Below the pieces are notes generated by a model. It made no database searches and was not told where the DNA came from. It saw only the letters and a program-made list of their open reading frames with translations. The translations under genes and the position numbers were made by a program. Shown piece after piece: positions 11,989-23,399 of a stretch of DNA of 64,000 nt (position 1 is the first letter of the stretch; every line of letters begins with the position of its first letter). The stretch is from Picochlorum sp. SENEW3 (Eukaryota): assembly GCA_034226945.1 (NCBI GenBank), contig CP120455.1, positions 248,001 to 312,000 on the forward strand, in the 5' to 3' direction.

Positions 11989-13686
11989 ATGAATTTTGAG
12001 AGGTGGGTTTTGAACGACACTCAGGATCCGAACAATACTGGCAGCAATCAGGGAGCTGAGCATGGTGGTGCCTCTTTACAGCAAGAGAGGGACGACGACA
12101 GTGACGAAGAAGCACTCGAGCTCGAGCAACGCCATCGAGTAGCCAGAGAAAGACAAAGATTAATATCAGAGTCACTTGCAGATCGATTATCGAGATATAG
12201 AAAAGATAAGGAGGAAGAAGACGTGTGTCATGTGTGCAAACAAAAGGGGCATTTTTCAGGGTTTGTTGGTTCCAAATACGTCGATTGTATCAACAAGCCC
12301 TGCTATATCTGTTCAAACACGGGACATTCTACTGGTGCATGTCCTTTCAAGCTAGCGCCTCAATTGTACTGCACGAAGAGTGAGGATGCTTCTTTTGATG
12401 GGCGAGGAGGGGTGCTCAAGGCCTTGTATGATAGAGAGAGTGGGCGACGGCATTTGCGGAAGACAGTGCCCCCTCACGCAGGTCCATACACAATAGATGC
12501 GGCTGTAGTTAAGATTCATGCACGGCGGACAACATGCGTGACGTTTCATCCGGAAAAACCGAGCATTGTGCTCTCTGGAGACAAGCACGGGCAAGTTGCA
12601 GTGTGGGATATTGACAAATGCTTCGAACGCACAGTATATACGGAGATAAATAAGTGGCTGACAAACAATATAGTATATACAGGATCTGATAGATTTGCGA
12701 CATCGTCCTATGAAGGCACGGTGAAAATCTTTGATGCTGAGGTAGGAACAGTGCTGTCCACCCTATTGTCTGCAAATCCGAATGGGTGGCATAATGTCGA
12801 GGAGGAAGACAAGGCTGGTCGTTGGATAACCATGATTGGATTAGATTGTAGTACATCATCTGGAATCGTATACGCAGGGTCGAACAAGGGCCGTCTCTAT
12901 GTCCTCGATCAAAGAATGCATGAGCCTGCACATGAACTTCACGCTCACCAGAAAAAAAAACTCCAATGTGTGTCTGTTCACCCAACAGATGATTATCTTC
13001 TTCTAACAGCAGGGAATGATTATTATGCGAGAGTGCATGACGTGAGGAAATTCGGTGAGAATACATTGCAGCATGAGCTTGTTAGTTTTGAGCATCCTCG
13101 GGTCATCAACGCTGCATATTTCAGTCCACTTACAGGAAATAAAATCGTCACAACGTGCCAAGATAATCGAATACGTGTATGGGATCAATGGTCTCTCGCT
13201 GCTCTCTCCGATGATGGCGCACCATCACGAGAGATTGTCCACTCTCACACATTTAATCGGCACCTGACACCATTCAAAGCAGAACTGTGTCCACATGACC
13301 CAACAGAACGTCTCATGGTGATAGGACGATATATATCAGAGGACTATAATGGGACTAAATTGCACCCGATAGATGTGTTTGATCTGTCCACTGGTTGCCT
13401 TCTCACAGAAATGGTGGATCCCAACCTGACAACAATCAGTCCAGTGAACAAGTATCATCCAACCCGGGATATCATTGTCACTGGAAGCTCTAGATCGTTA
13501 TACGTGTGGAAGAAAGATGAATCATCGCATGAAGATGACGCAGTATATATACCTGAAGAGGGAGGACCGAGTACTAGCGCTCCACGCTCGGGTCGACGGT
13601 GCCCATCAGGCTCGAGGCATTTCATTCTATATGATGCAGACAATACCTCCTCTTCAAAAAAGTCATCCAAGAGAAAGAAACCATAA
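11989..13686 (+). CDS. DDB2: Damaged DNA-binding protein 2 (WD40) with N-terminal CCHC zinc knuckles
   Basis: CHVCKQKGH and CYICSNTGH knuckles; 'HARRTTCVTFHP', 'HPRVINAAYFSPLTGNKIVTTCQDNRIRVWD', 'HSHTFNRHLTPFKAE', 'GRYISEDYNG..LHPID'. Confidence 0.9.
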   Translation: MNFERWVLNDTQDPNNTGSNQGAEHGGASLQQERDDDSDEEALELEQRHRVARERQRLISESLADRLSRYRKDKEEEDVCHVCKQKGHFSGFVGSKYVDCINKPCYICSNTGHSTGACPFKLAPQLYCTKSEDASFDGRGGVLKALYDRESGRRHLRKTVPPHAGPYTIDAAVVKIHARRTTCVTFHPEKPSIVLSGDKHGQVAVWDIDKCFERTVYTEINKWLTNNIVYTGSDRFATSSYEGTVKIFDAEVGTVLSTLLSANPNGWHNVEEEDKAGRWITMIGLDCSTSSGIVYAGSNKGRLYVLDQRMHEPAHELHAHQKKKLQCVSVHPTDDYLLLTAGNDYYARVHDVRKFGENTLQHELVSFEHPRVINAAYFSPLTGNKIVTTCQDNRIRVWDQWSLAALSDDGAPSREIVHSHTFNRHLTPFKAELCPHDPTERLMVIGRYISEDYNGTKLHPIDVFDLSTGCLLTEMVDPNLTTISPVNKYHPTRDIIVTGSSRSLYVWKKDESSHEDDAVYIPEEGGPSTSAPRSGRRCPSGSRHFILYDADNTSSSKKSSKRKKP

Positions 13687-13902
13687 TTATTATTCACCCG
13701 TCTCTTTGATTCGATACACTCAATACATATATAAATATGTATACAGAAAATGATACATATGTTACATATACAAAAAAATATACAATGTCATGAAAGAGAC
13801 GAGAAAATCTCTCAAGGGCATCACGCCGTCACAAATACAATCCAACATCAGTCGAATATACGTAGATTCATTTTCATATTCCTTCCGACTCAAAATTATT
13901 CA

Positions 13903-15195
13903 TCATACCTTTTCCTGAACTGATGGAGATGTGTGTTGCTGCTGAACAACAGATGCAGAAGATTGCTCTTGCTGAAGATGAGATGATGACCTTTCCAGTC
14001 TCCCTCGACCCCTCCTATTCTGATACGCCGTGCCCGCGTGCATGTACCCTTGCGATGGGTACCGTCCAGGAGACCCCGCCATATATCCTGGAGGCATGTA
14101 CATGTAAGGCATCATCCCATTATGTGTCGCCTGCTGCTGATACATGGCACTATTGGCATACATCATGGCAGACTGCTGGTCTTGCATGCCTCTCCCTCCC
14201 ATCGGGTGTGGCGCATACATACCATATTGGGATCCATACGGTGCCTGATTTATACTATTATAAAACGAATTCAATTGCTGTGTGTATTCTGCACTACCAG
14301 CCCAGTCTGAAGAGGATCCATCCATGGAAGATCTGTTACTCCCACTCCCTTTGGGCGTCGCTGGCTTCACTTCAACGTGTTTCCCTCTAATAGTATGAAT
14401 CAATCCACGGGTGAACACCGCATACGCACTCTCCTCCTGATCAAATGTTACAAACCCAAAACCTCGCGACCGCCCACTCAAGTGATCCAGCATAATCTGG
14501 ACCTCTGACACACTTCCAAACTGCAAAAAATACTCTTTCATTTCATTTTCCGTCGTATCTGGGGCCAAACCCCCAACAAATATCTTCCCTGCCGTGTGTT
14601 TTGATTCCTGAGCCACAGACTTTTTGACATCCACCAGTTTCCCTTCAATACTATGGGTCCCTTCCAACGTCACAACATCCGCTACAGATGCGTCTCGAAA
14701 CGTCACAAACCCGAACCCACGAGGCTTATGAGTCACTCTATCTCGCATAACGACCTATACATGTACACAGAAGGAATAATATCAGCGTCAAAACCGCTAC
14801 AGCCCGGGGTGGAGAAACAACATCACACGCACCACCTCAATGATCTCTCCAAACTTTTCAAAATATTCTTTCAACATATCTGTAACAAAAACCAGGCAGG
14901 ATGTGTCAATATAGTGTAAAAATACAGACTATTTCAAAACCCTTGTCCACGAGGGCAAGTTTGGTAAGACCAGCACTCTGATACGCACCTTCCGTCATTT
15001 CCCACGACAACCCGCCTATAAAAATCTTAGACCCTACATCTCTGCATGTAAAAATTGATTCAGTAAAAACTCCAGCGATCAAGATGAACAACCACCCCGA
15101 CAGAAAGACACTTGTCTCACCGGACCACACCAGAATCGCCCGCAGACGAGGGTTTACTCCCTACATCACCAGAGCTCTCCGTGCCCATACTTCAT
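13903..15195 (-). CDS. Two-RRM RNA-binding protein (hnRNP A1/Musashi-like), multi-exon
   Basis: RNP2 'KIFIGGL'/'KIFVGGL' and RNP1 'RGFGFVTF' twice; G/Y/Q-rich tail; micro first exon ATG AA|gt at 15195. Confidence 0.85.
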
Positions 15196-15664
15196 ATCAT
15201 TTCTATCATGTAAAAAATTAAAAAATTTCACTTCTAGAGCCGATGGGAGCGAACGCGAGCAATGGCTGTGGTAGTAGTAGTTGTCGTCGCCCAGCATCAG
15301 ATTCGACACAGGGGATGAGTCCGTACGTACGGCATGGCCCATACTGCGCAGTATTCATCACGCGCATGCTTTGATGTATTCATCATCTCTACCAGCTTTC
15401 GATGGTATGCATTAGATTGCATACCAGGCGATGATCATAATAATGCTTGATGGGCACCCCTCTGTCCAGAGCCAGAGCCATATCTGGTCCGGACCAATTC
15501 ATTGGCAAGCATAGCCACACATCTCTCACTGAGAGATGAGAATGTGCCACGCATGCGGAGAGATCTCGGCATGGCCTATGATTGACGGTGCTATGCATCC
15601 CACTAACCCATTACAAACACATTATTTTATATCTTTATCAAGTAAGAAGTATGCAAGAGAGGCG

Positions 15665-16843
15665 ATGCGATTGGTATTGCAAGGAACTGGTGCGAGGACC
15701 CTCGGACATGCTGTCCGTGCTCAGTCTTGGTTGGACATAGCAGGGAAGGCGAGTACTGGATTCAGTGCATCATCTCATCTGCTGAAGAGTTGCTGTGACA
15801 CGGGCGTGGGGGGATTCCTGGGAATATCGGATGATAGTCGTTGTTGTGGTGGTAGAACAATACATGCAAGGAACGTGTGTGGTTTGCGGGTTTCCATGAG
15901 GGAAGAGGATACGACACAAGACAACCAGAGAGATGGTGGTGGTGCAGTTGACCACGGTATGGCTTTGATTGCGCATCCTGATGGGAGCTATGAGCGGTGC
16001 AAGGTGAGGAGTGGTGCATGGCTGGCGAGTATGAAGAGGGGGGCGTATACGACGGCCAGGACGGTTGGTGGGAACTGTGTGTTCGAGCTTTCTTTTCATT
16101 TACAGCGTATTATAGATTCTTTAGAGATTATGGAGGAGTCGTTGGGGGCAAAGGCGGGATTCGACGATGCTGCGGTGGAGCATGGGACTGCACTGGAGCT
16201 GAAGAATGTCGTCATGTCTTCCATGAGGGAGGCTGTGCTGGAGTTTTCAAAGACATGCAGTGGTGAGCTTAAGATTACGGTGTTGGTTGTTATGGAGGAA
16301 GGGCTTCCTCGGGTATGGACACATGTGACGTCGTTGGGTCCCCAAGCTGCGCATCCAATCAAGGTGATTATTCACGGTCATCCAAGGGATAATGCAGAAG
16401 CAAAGGATAGCGAATGGGTGAGAGAAAGGCGGTCATTGGAGAAGACGATGCCTTCTGATGTGAATGAAATTGTTCTGATAGGAGAGGATGGAGATTTGTT
16501 TGAGGGATTGTCGTCCAACTTTTTTGTGCTCCAGGGAGGGGTGTTGTATACTGCTGGGGAAGGGGTGCTCCTGGGGAGCGTGCGTGAGGCGGTGCTTCGC
16601 TCTGCAGAGCGTTTAGATATTCCAGTGGTACTAAAGCCTCCAAATGTAAAGGATATGGGGGTGTGGGATGCGGCCTTTGTGAGTAGTACGTCGAGGAAGT
16701 TGCTGCATATAGATGCGTTGACTCTGCGTGATGATGCTGGGGTGGAGACGACACGGGTGTTTGATAAGGCAGCGTTGGCACAGCGATTGGAACACGAAAC
16801 TGAAAAAGAAATTGTATCTTGCAGCGAATTGTTATTATTCTAA
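15665..16843 (+). CDS. Class IV aminotransferase-like (D-amino-acid aminotransferase-like) PLP-fold protein with organellar presequence
   Basis: 'GAYTTART', 'FHLQRI', 'AKDSEWVRER', 'EGLSSNFF', 'GVLLGSVRE', 'AFVSSTSR'. Confidence 0.75.
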   Translation: MRLVLQGTGARTLGHAVRAQSWLDIAGKASTGFSASSHLLKSCCDTGVGGFLGISDDSRCCGGRTIHARNVCGLRVSMREEDTTQDNQRDGGGAVDHGMALIAHPDGSYERCKVRSGAWLASMKRGAYTTARTVGGNCVFELSFHLQRIIDSLEIMEESLGAKAGFDDAAVEHGTALELKNVVMSSMREAVLEFSKTCSGELKITVLVVMEEGLPRVWTHVTSLGPQAAHPIKVIIHGHPRDNAEAKDSEWVRERRSLEKTMPSDVNEIVLIGEDGDLFEGLSSNFFVLQGGVLYTAGEGVLLGSVREAVLRSAERLDIPVVLKPPNVKDMGVWDAAFVSSTSRKLLHIDALTLRDDAGVETTRVFDKAALAQRLEHETEKEIVSCSELLLF

Positions 16844-16898
16844 TACAGCAGTTACATGATTAATGAATACATTGTCGAAACAGAAACGGTATTTTTTT

Positions 16899-17600
16899 TT
16901 ATGATGCATGCAACCTGGCCGAGACGGTTCGAAGCCTATTATATACCTTTCCTGCTGGCGATCCCATGATCAGGTTACATATGGCATCTCTTGCCACACG
17001 AATATTCTGGAATGATCCCAGAATATGAATTTTAGTGTCAGCAATCACAATACGGGTCCTTGATGAATTCTCAATGGTAAACTTTGTCTTTCCACTCTTA
17101 CCAGCCATACGGCCAATACCTCTGGCCAAATGCTCCCCTCGCAGGGTCTTCACATCCTTCACCTCGAACGATTCAATGTATAAATCATCCAAACGAAGCA
17201 ATGCAATCGCGTCATTGACCTCAAAACCCAAAATAAATGCATGAATAAAATCAGCAGCTTGCTGCAGGTTGCCTGCATCAACAGTCTTATCCGTCGTCTT
17301 TATCTCTACTTTTCTACTCTTCAAATTCATACGCATGTCTAATTTCAAATTCTCTGTCACAGGCTTGTACAACGCAAGCCAATTGTTTTTCAATGGTGTC
17401 ATTCTATGCTGCGGAACTGACACCCTGCGGAATTCAACCTTTTTCTGCTCACCATCCTTTGCTGCAGTATGAGGAGGAAATTTAGGCACTGCTGTCGCTC
17501 CGTTATTATGTAACACGAATTCTTCCCCGCTCTCGATGGCCATTGGCGCAGCCGCAACGAGAGGGCTCTCCTTTTGTTCTTTCTTTGACACTTTCGGCAT
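16899..17600 (-). CDS. PNO1: Pre-rRNA processing KH-domain protein PNO1/DIM2
   Basis: 'VPQHRMTPLKNNW', 'ALLRLDDLYIESFEVKDVKTLRGEHL', 'GKTKFTIEN', 'LIMGSPAGKVY'. Confidence 0.95.
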   Translation of the reverse strand: MPKVSKKEQKESPLVAAAPMAIESGEEFVLHNNGATAVPKFPPHTAAKDGEQKKVEFRRVSVPQHRMTPLKNNWLALYKPVTENLKLDMRMNLKSRKVEIKTTDKTVDAGNLQQAADFIHAFILGFEVNDAIALLRLDDLYIESFEVKDVKTLRGEHLARGIGRMAGKSGKTKFTIENSSRTRIVIADTKIHILGSFQNIRVARDAICNLIMGSPAGKVYNRLRTVSARLHAS

Positions 17601-18081
17601 GCTCACCAATGCTTTTTTTTTCCTCAACTAGATTCTACCAACAAAGAGGACAGCAGTCGTTACTGAAGAATATGATGTACAACAGTGGATCTAAGGCTCC
17701 TGATGATATATATTCTACGATAAAGTCGTCCTTGAAAATACGCCGAGGCAGAAAAAACCAGAATGGGTCGATGCCTCTCTCCAAGAGCGGTGAATGGACT
17801 GCTATAGCACAGAATAAGGGATCTGGACTGATATCATAAACTTTTGCGGATATTTAAAGTCTCTGTTCATGCATGCATTGCCTTGAATGGTAGTCTGCTG
17901 GCATGCATGCTGGACATGGGCGTCCCTAGAGAGATTACCCGTGCATTCCGGTCAAATACCATCAATGATGGGAACACAAGTGTATATGAAGCAATGTGTA
18001 TCCCGTCTTGTGTTGAGTATCTCTCTCCTCCTCGCTTGATGGACGGATGGAATTGGAATAATTTATATACTATTTTAGACC

Positions 18082-18435
18082 ATGTCTGACGGACCGAAAC
18101 TACGTTTCTGTCCAGAAAGTAACGATTTACTCTGTCCTTTGGAGGACAAGGAGCGAAAACAGCTCATTTATTTTTGTAGAGGATGTGGCTATAAAGAAGA
18201 CGCGGATCCATCGGATTGGTGTGTATTTAGAAATGAAGTTCATCATACGTCGAGGGAGAAGGCTATTGTGCTGCAGGACGTGCGGTCAGACCCAACGCTT
18301 CCAAGGACGAACGAAGTGAGGTGTCCTATCTGTGCTCACAATGAGGCTGTGTTTTTCTCGGCGAGTACGGAGGAAGGGATGACGCTGTTTTTCAACTGTA
18401 CAAATTGTGCTCATAGATGGAGGGATCATGTGTAA
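18082..18435 (+). CDS. RPB9: RNA polymerase II subunit RPB9
   Basis: 'RFCPESNDLL.P.EDK', 'DPTLPRT', C-terminal Zn ribbon CPIC...CTNCAHRW. Confidence 0.93.
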   Translation: MSDGPKLRFCPESNDLLCPLEDKERKQLIYFCRGCGYKEDADPSDWCVFRNEVHHTSREKAIVLQDVRSDPTLPRTNEVRCPICAHNEAVFFSASTEEGMTLFFNCTNCAHRWRDHV

Positions 18436-18447
18436 TTTATTGTCGTG

Positions 18448-20679
18448 TTACTTGCCTCTAAATTTGATGAGCATCTCGACAACATTTGGATCTGCAAGTG
18501 TGGATGTGTCTCCTAATTGTTCTTCCTCAAAGCTCGCAATTTTACGCAATACGCGTCTCATAATCTTTCCTGAGCGGGTTTTTGGCAATGATGGGGCCCA
18601 GTGGATGACATCTGGGGATGCAAAAGGTCCAATTTGACTTCGGACTTCCTTGATCAATTCCTTCTTAAGTTCATCATTGTGCTCCTGGCCTTCGACGAGG
18701 GTGACAAATGCCCAGATACCCTGACCTTTGACAGGGTGCTCGTATCCAACGACAGCAGCCTCTGCGCAGCTATCGTGTGACACAAGTGCAGATTCTACTT
18801 CTGCAGAACCAATGCGATGCCCAGAGACGTTGATGACATCATCAACTCGTCCAGTGATCCAAATATACCCATCTTCGTCCCGTCGAGCACCGTCACCAGA
18901 GAAATAGTAGCCTGGGAATGGGGCAAAGTAGGTTGTTTCAAAGCGGTTTTGGTCGCCATATACCGATCGAATTGCTGATGGCCAGGATGACTTGATGCAC
19001 AAGTATCCTTCGGTCGCACCCTCCAACTCCTGACCCTTTTCATTCACCAAGACTGGTTCGACACCGAAAAATGGTAGACTGGCTGATCCGGGCTTCTCTG
19101 GCCATGCGGTTGGAAGTGGGACAATCATGTGCCCACCAGTCTCAGTCTGCCACCAGGTATCTACAACTGGGCACCTGCCTTTTCCAACCATCTCGTGATA
19201 CCATTTCCAAGCCTCTGGATTTATAGGCTCTCCTACAGTACCTAAAATCTCAAGAGATGATAAATCAAACCCGCTGACGTGCTCATTACCTGTTCTCATC
19301 AGCGACCGAATTGCAGTAGGGGCTGTGTAAAACTGCTTCACCTTGAGTTGATCAATCACTTCCCAGCATCTCGATGGAGTCGGATACGTTGGTACACCTT
19401 CAAAAACAACGTTGGTTGCTCCGTTGAGCAATGGTCCATATGTGAGATACGAATGGCCAGTGATCCACCCGCAGTCTGCAGTGCACCAAAACACATCACC
19501 TGGTTTCATGGCGAAACTAAACTTGGATGTGGTGGCAGCATATACCATGTATCCAGCTGTTGTATGCAAGACGCCTTTTGGCTTTCCAGTAGAGCCAGAT
19601 GTATACAGCAAAAAGAGTGGGTCCTCTGCGTCCATCCATTCAACGCCACATATGGTGGGCTGTTGAGGAATGACATCTTGCCACACGACATCCCCTTCTG
19701 CTGGACCAATATCCAGTGATGGGTCTTGGTTATGATACATCAAGACATTTGGAACCGTATGTCCGCCTGCAGATGCGATACGAAGCGCTTCACGAGCAAT
19801 GTCGCTTAAACAAATGGACTTTTTTCCTCTCATCACTGCAGTTGCAGTCACCAGCACCTTGGCCTTGCAATCAACCATGCGGCTCGCCAGAGCATCCGCA
19901 GAGAAACCACCGAACACAACCGAGTGAATAGCCCCAAGACGAGCACATGCCAACATGGCAATAGGGAGTTCGCATATCATTGGCATGTAGAGGGCCACTG
20001 TATCCCCCTTGCCTACACCCACAGATTTCAACCATGATGCCACACGACACACCTCATCCAGCACCTCCGCATATGTCATGGTGTATGTCCGACCAACATC
20101 ATTCCCCTCAAATATAAAACATGTTCTATCGCCGTGGCCATCTTTCACGTGACGATCCAATGCATTGTAGCACAAATTTGTCCGCCCACCTCGAAACCAT
20201 GTCGAATGAATTGGGCCCTTCCTTATATCAAAATTGAACGACATGTGCTCCTCATCAGGAAGGGTTTCCCAATGGAACTTCTCCACTGCAATCTCCCTCC
20301 AGAATGCATTTGGATCCTGAATACTTCTCGAATACATGGCAGAATATTCTTCAAGGTTCTTCACAAAAGCATCCTCCGAGACTCTCCCATACCCAGCCTT
20401 GTCAAAATGTACTGGAGGAGACTGCAATTAAATACTACATGTTAGTGGTTGTACTATGCCAATGAGAGGCCACTGCCATCAAGCCGTCGTCCTAAAACCA
20501 ACCTTGGAAGCTTGAACGCTGAGACCACAAGATCTCCTAATTCTACCACTATTCTTGGCATACAGGCGCGATATTCGACCATGAATATTTCTCATATATG
20601 CACTATCCCTCCCCTGTGCCAATCGAGTGCTCATGTGAGCAGACCCGAGGGGCCTTGAATTAGCAACTGTCGAGATCAT
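18448..20679 (-). CDS. ACS: Acetyl-CoA synthetase with N-terminal targeting peptide; exons 20679-20503, 20421-18448
   Basis: 'YTSGSTGKPKG', 'VGEPIN', 'DTWWQTETGG', 'LPKTRSGKIMRR'; phase-0 intron 20502-20422. Confidence 0.95.
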
Positions 20680-20829
20680 GAATTTTCTCGCGTTATGCTC
20701 GCAGCATGACCAGAAACTTTACATATATATTTTATTACATGGATTTCTTTCGACTGTCACGGGTGAGAAATGTCGTTATGATCCAAAGTCCGCCATTTAA
20801 AAAAGTCATGGGGAGATCCATCAATGGGT

Positions 20830-21804
20830 TCACCAGCAGAGGCTGTCCCTGTGCTGCCAACACTGCACATATTCATGGAACGCCATGATTGAATCAACAG
20901 CATTATATACAACACCTTGACTGATCGTACCATGTTGTGGATTCAATCCAGCTGCCTGGATGACACCTATAGGAAACAGACAGGACATGTATGCTGTCTC
21001 CACAACCCAATCTGTCTTTGGCACAGCAATCATAGGGATTCCAAATCCCACAAAGTACATCCAATATTTCTTCAAACACAGTTTTTTCTCAGAAAAGGAC
21101 AATGACCGAAGCGTCCATTGATAATCAAAACAATAAAATGCATACAGCCAGGCAGATAGCATGGTGCCGAGAATGCGCCCTCCATACGGCATGTACCCGA
21201 GAGAGCTACACATACACAGTGTTGATACAAATACAAGCGTCCTATAGACATCTTCAGCAAGGTTCCCTGCGCTCCTCACGGTTAATAGGGAGGAAGGGGA
21301 TACCATCACAACATTGTGCAGTGTTGCCACATGTTGAGCAGACTCGAGCTGATGCAGTCGTGCTGTTGACACTGCTATAGTATGATACCATCCACTAGTC
21401 ACGGCGACAACAGCAATATACGCCGGCCATTGCCAAACAAGTCGAAAGAGCCACTCCAACACACGGGTATGAACTACAGTATCATGCACTGACTCTAGGT
21501 AATCAATCAGCTCCAAGAATGCTAGATGGCTTCCATAAAAGATGCCACCTGATACCACAAAGCATCCAAAAGATTTCACCTGCCGCAGAAGGAGAATATG
21601 AGACCTCTTTGAATGGAGCCAACGTGTAAAAACCAGCCAACTCGGTCAGTTGACGGTGCACACACGTACCAAGATGTCTGGATCCCGAAAAGCTCTCTGT
21701 GCTAATCGATCTATTCTAAAAAAGTCTAATACACCTCTCACTAGCAAATATACCGAGAAATACGCAGCAGATGCTACTTTTGAGTGTCTTTGAAATTCTC
21801 GCAT
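20830..21804 (-). CDS. EI24 (etoposide-induced protein 2.4)-like membrane protein, 2 exons
   Basis: 'W..P.Y......W Y..IA', 'WLYAFYCFDYQW', 'WMYFVGFG.P', 'LFP' motifs; intron ~21669-21580. Confidence 0.75.
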
Positions 21805-22082
21805 GTCCGTCACGAGACCCTCATAGCGACGATTTCTCTTTTCTTATTCTTTTCTTATTATTACACTGTTTCTGATACACTTTTCTCTTTTACAAATCGA
21901 TAATACCAAGGAGGTATTGGGATGGATTTCTTTCAAAAAAAATAAAAATGCATGGGGTCGTTGGCCTACCCAACAACAATCAACCCAGGCTGACTTACCT
22001 CGACGTGCTGGTTAAAAAAAAGAACCTCTCGAAAAATGCATTGCTATGAACGATATTACATCATGCTGCAACTGCAGCAAAA

Positions 22083-23001
22083 TTATCTATAACGTCTGAG
22101 AGATACACGGTTGTTACGCCTCCAGGTAGCTCTGCGACTAGGTCTAGCCTTGGTGTACAAGTGTCCCTTGCCTTGAAGACCGCGGTATTTCTTGCCGGCT
22201 GCAGTAAGTCCACGAAGCTCGCGGTGCTTATGAACTGGGTTGCAGATCCAGTTAATTCTAGGGTCGTTACGAATGACGGTGTGGGCTGGGTCTACAAGAA
22301 TCACCTCAAAGTACTTGTACACGGCATCCTCATTCACCCAGTAAGAGTTGAGCACGCGAAGTCCACCGCATTTACGTCCAACACGCTCCTCAGCCAAATT
22401 GCGAAGGTTTCTGACTGGCTTGAGCTCAGCGATACCCTGGTTGACTGGCTTTCCATACACAATACCCTGCACAACACATGGATAGTACGTCAGTCGATTG
22501 ATCAGCCAATGGCGGCACACGCGCGTCCAATAACGACACAAAATTATTATACACACGGATCAGACTGTCACTCAAAGGATCAGGCCTCGAGTAGACAAAA
22601 ACCGTCTCCGCCGCAAGTCGCTCCAAACATACCTTGTTGACTGGCTTTTTGCGGCCTCCACGGCGAACACGCACGCGATAAATCACATATCCTTGCTTTG
22701 CTTTATAACCAAGTCTGCGAGCCTTATCTGGTCTGCTTGGCTGCGTCAAACGGGTAATGCTTGGCAGCTGTCTGTACTCCCAGCATCGCACACGGGAGAG
22801 GAAACGGAGCACATCGCTCTGCTTCTTCTTCCAAAGCTCTTCAACGTACTGCATAATATCAATATATCATTAATTAGACACCATCGTATCGACTGTGGTG
22901 GGTTGAGAAGGCTCGGCACACGACAAGCAGCCATGGCGGTGAGGCCCCTCGAACACTCATCCTACTCTGCGCAGAAGAATACGTACTTTATAAGCCCCCA
23001 T
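22083..23001 (-). CDS. RPL15: 60S ribosomal protein L15 (eL15); exons 23001-22987, 22848-22633, 22466-22083
   Basis: Spliced product [18 protein letters not shown]...KPVNK|GIVYGKP...SLRRYR; both introns are phase 0. Confidence 0.97.
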
Positions 23002-23044
23002 AATTATCTTTCAGAAAATACTAGATGATGGTGAGAAATCCACG

Positions 23045-23181
23045 AGTATTTTGAGCGTCCATACCCATGCCGTCAGGCGGCCACGGATGCCCCTGTACTA
23101 TCTCCGGTCAAACGAATCCTTCAATAGGAAGCATTGATCTATTCGATGGCCTTCCTATCAAAGGTGTATGTTCACCGGAGA
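23045..23181 (-). ncRNA. Candidate structured RNA (H/ACA snoRNA-like) upstream of the RPL15 ATG
   Basis: Long hairpin with a 14-bp stem (23118-23131/23151-23164) that pairs fully only on the minus strand (2 G-U), followed by ATAGTA (H box) and a second hairpin; no canonical ACA. Confidence 0.35.
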
Positions 23182-23399
23182 TGATGACTATAATGATGTA
23201 GACTCTGGCGTAGAACCATGATCAATTTCAATACCCTCCTCCTTCTGCTGGTGTATGTGATGTTCAAAATCATTGAAAGAATTTTCAGAGTCAGAGACAT
23301 GATGAAATACGTGGTGGCTCAAATGAGATTGGTGTGATTTCTGTGAGTATCTAGGAGCATAGAACAACAGAAGACAAACAGGGCAGAGAGACGACGAGT

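Noticed and set aside
22467..22986. RPL15 coding-region introns as C/D snoRNA hosts
   Set aside because: Several CTGA words, but no good C box with matching terminal stem or clear rRNA antisense element
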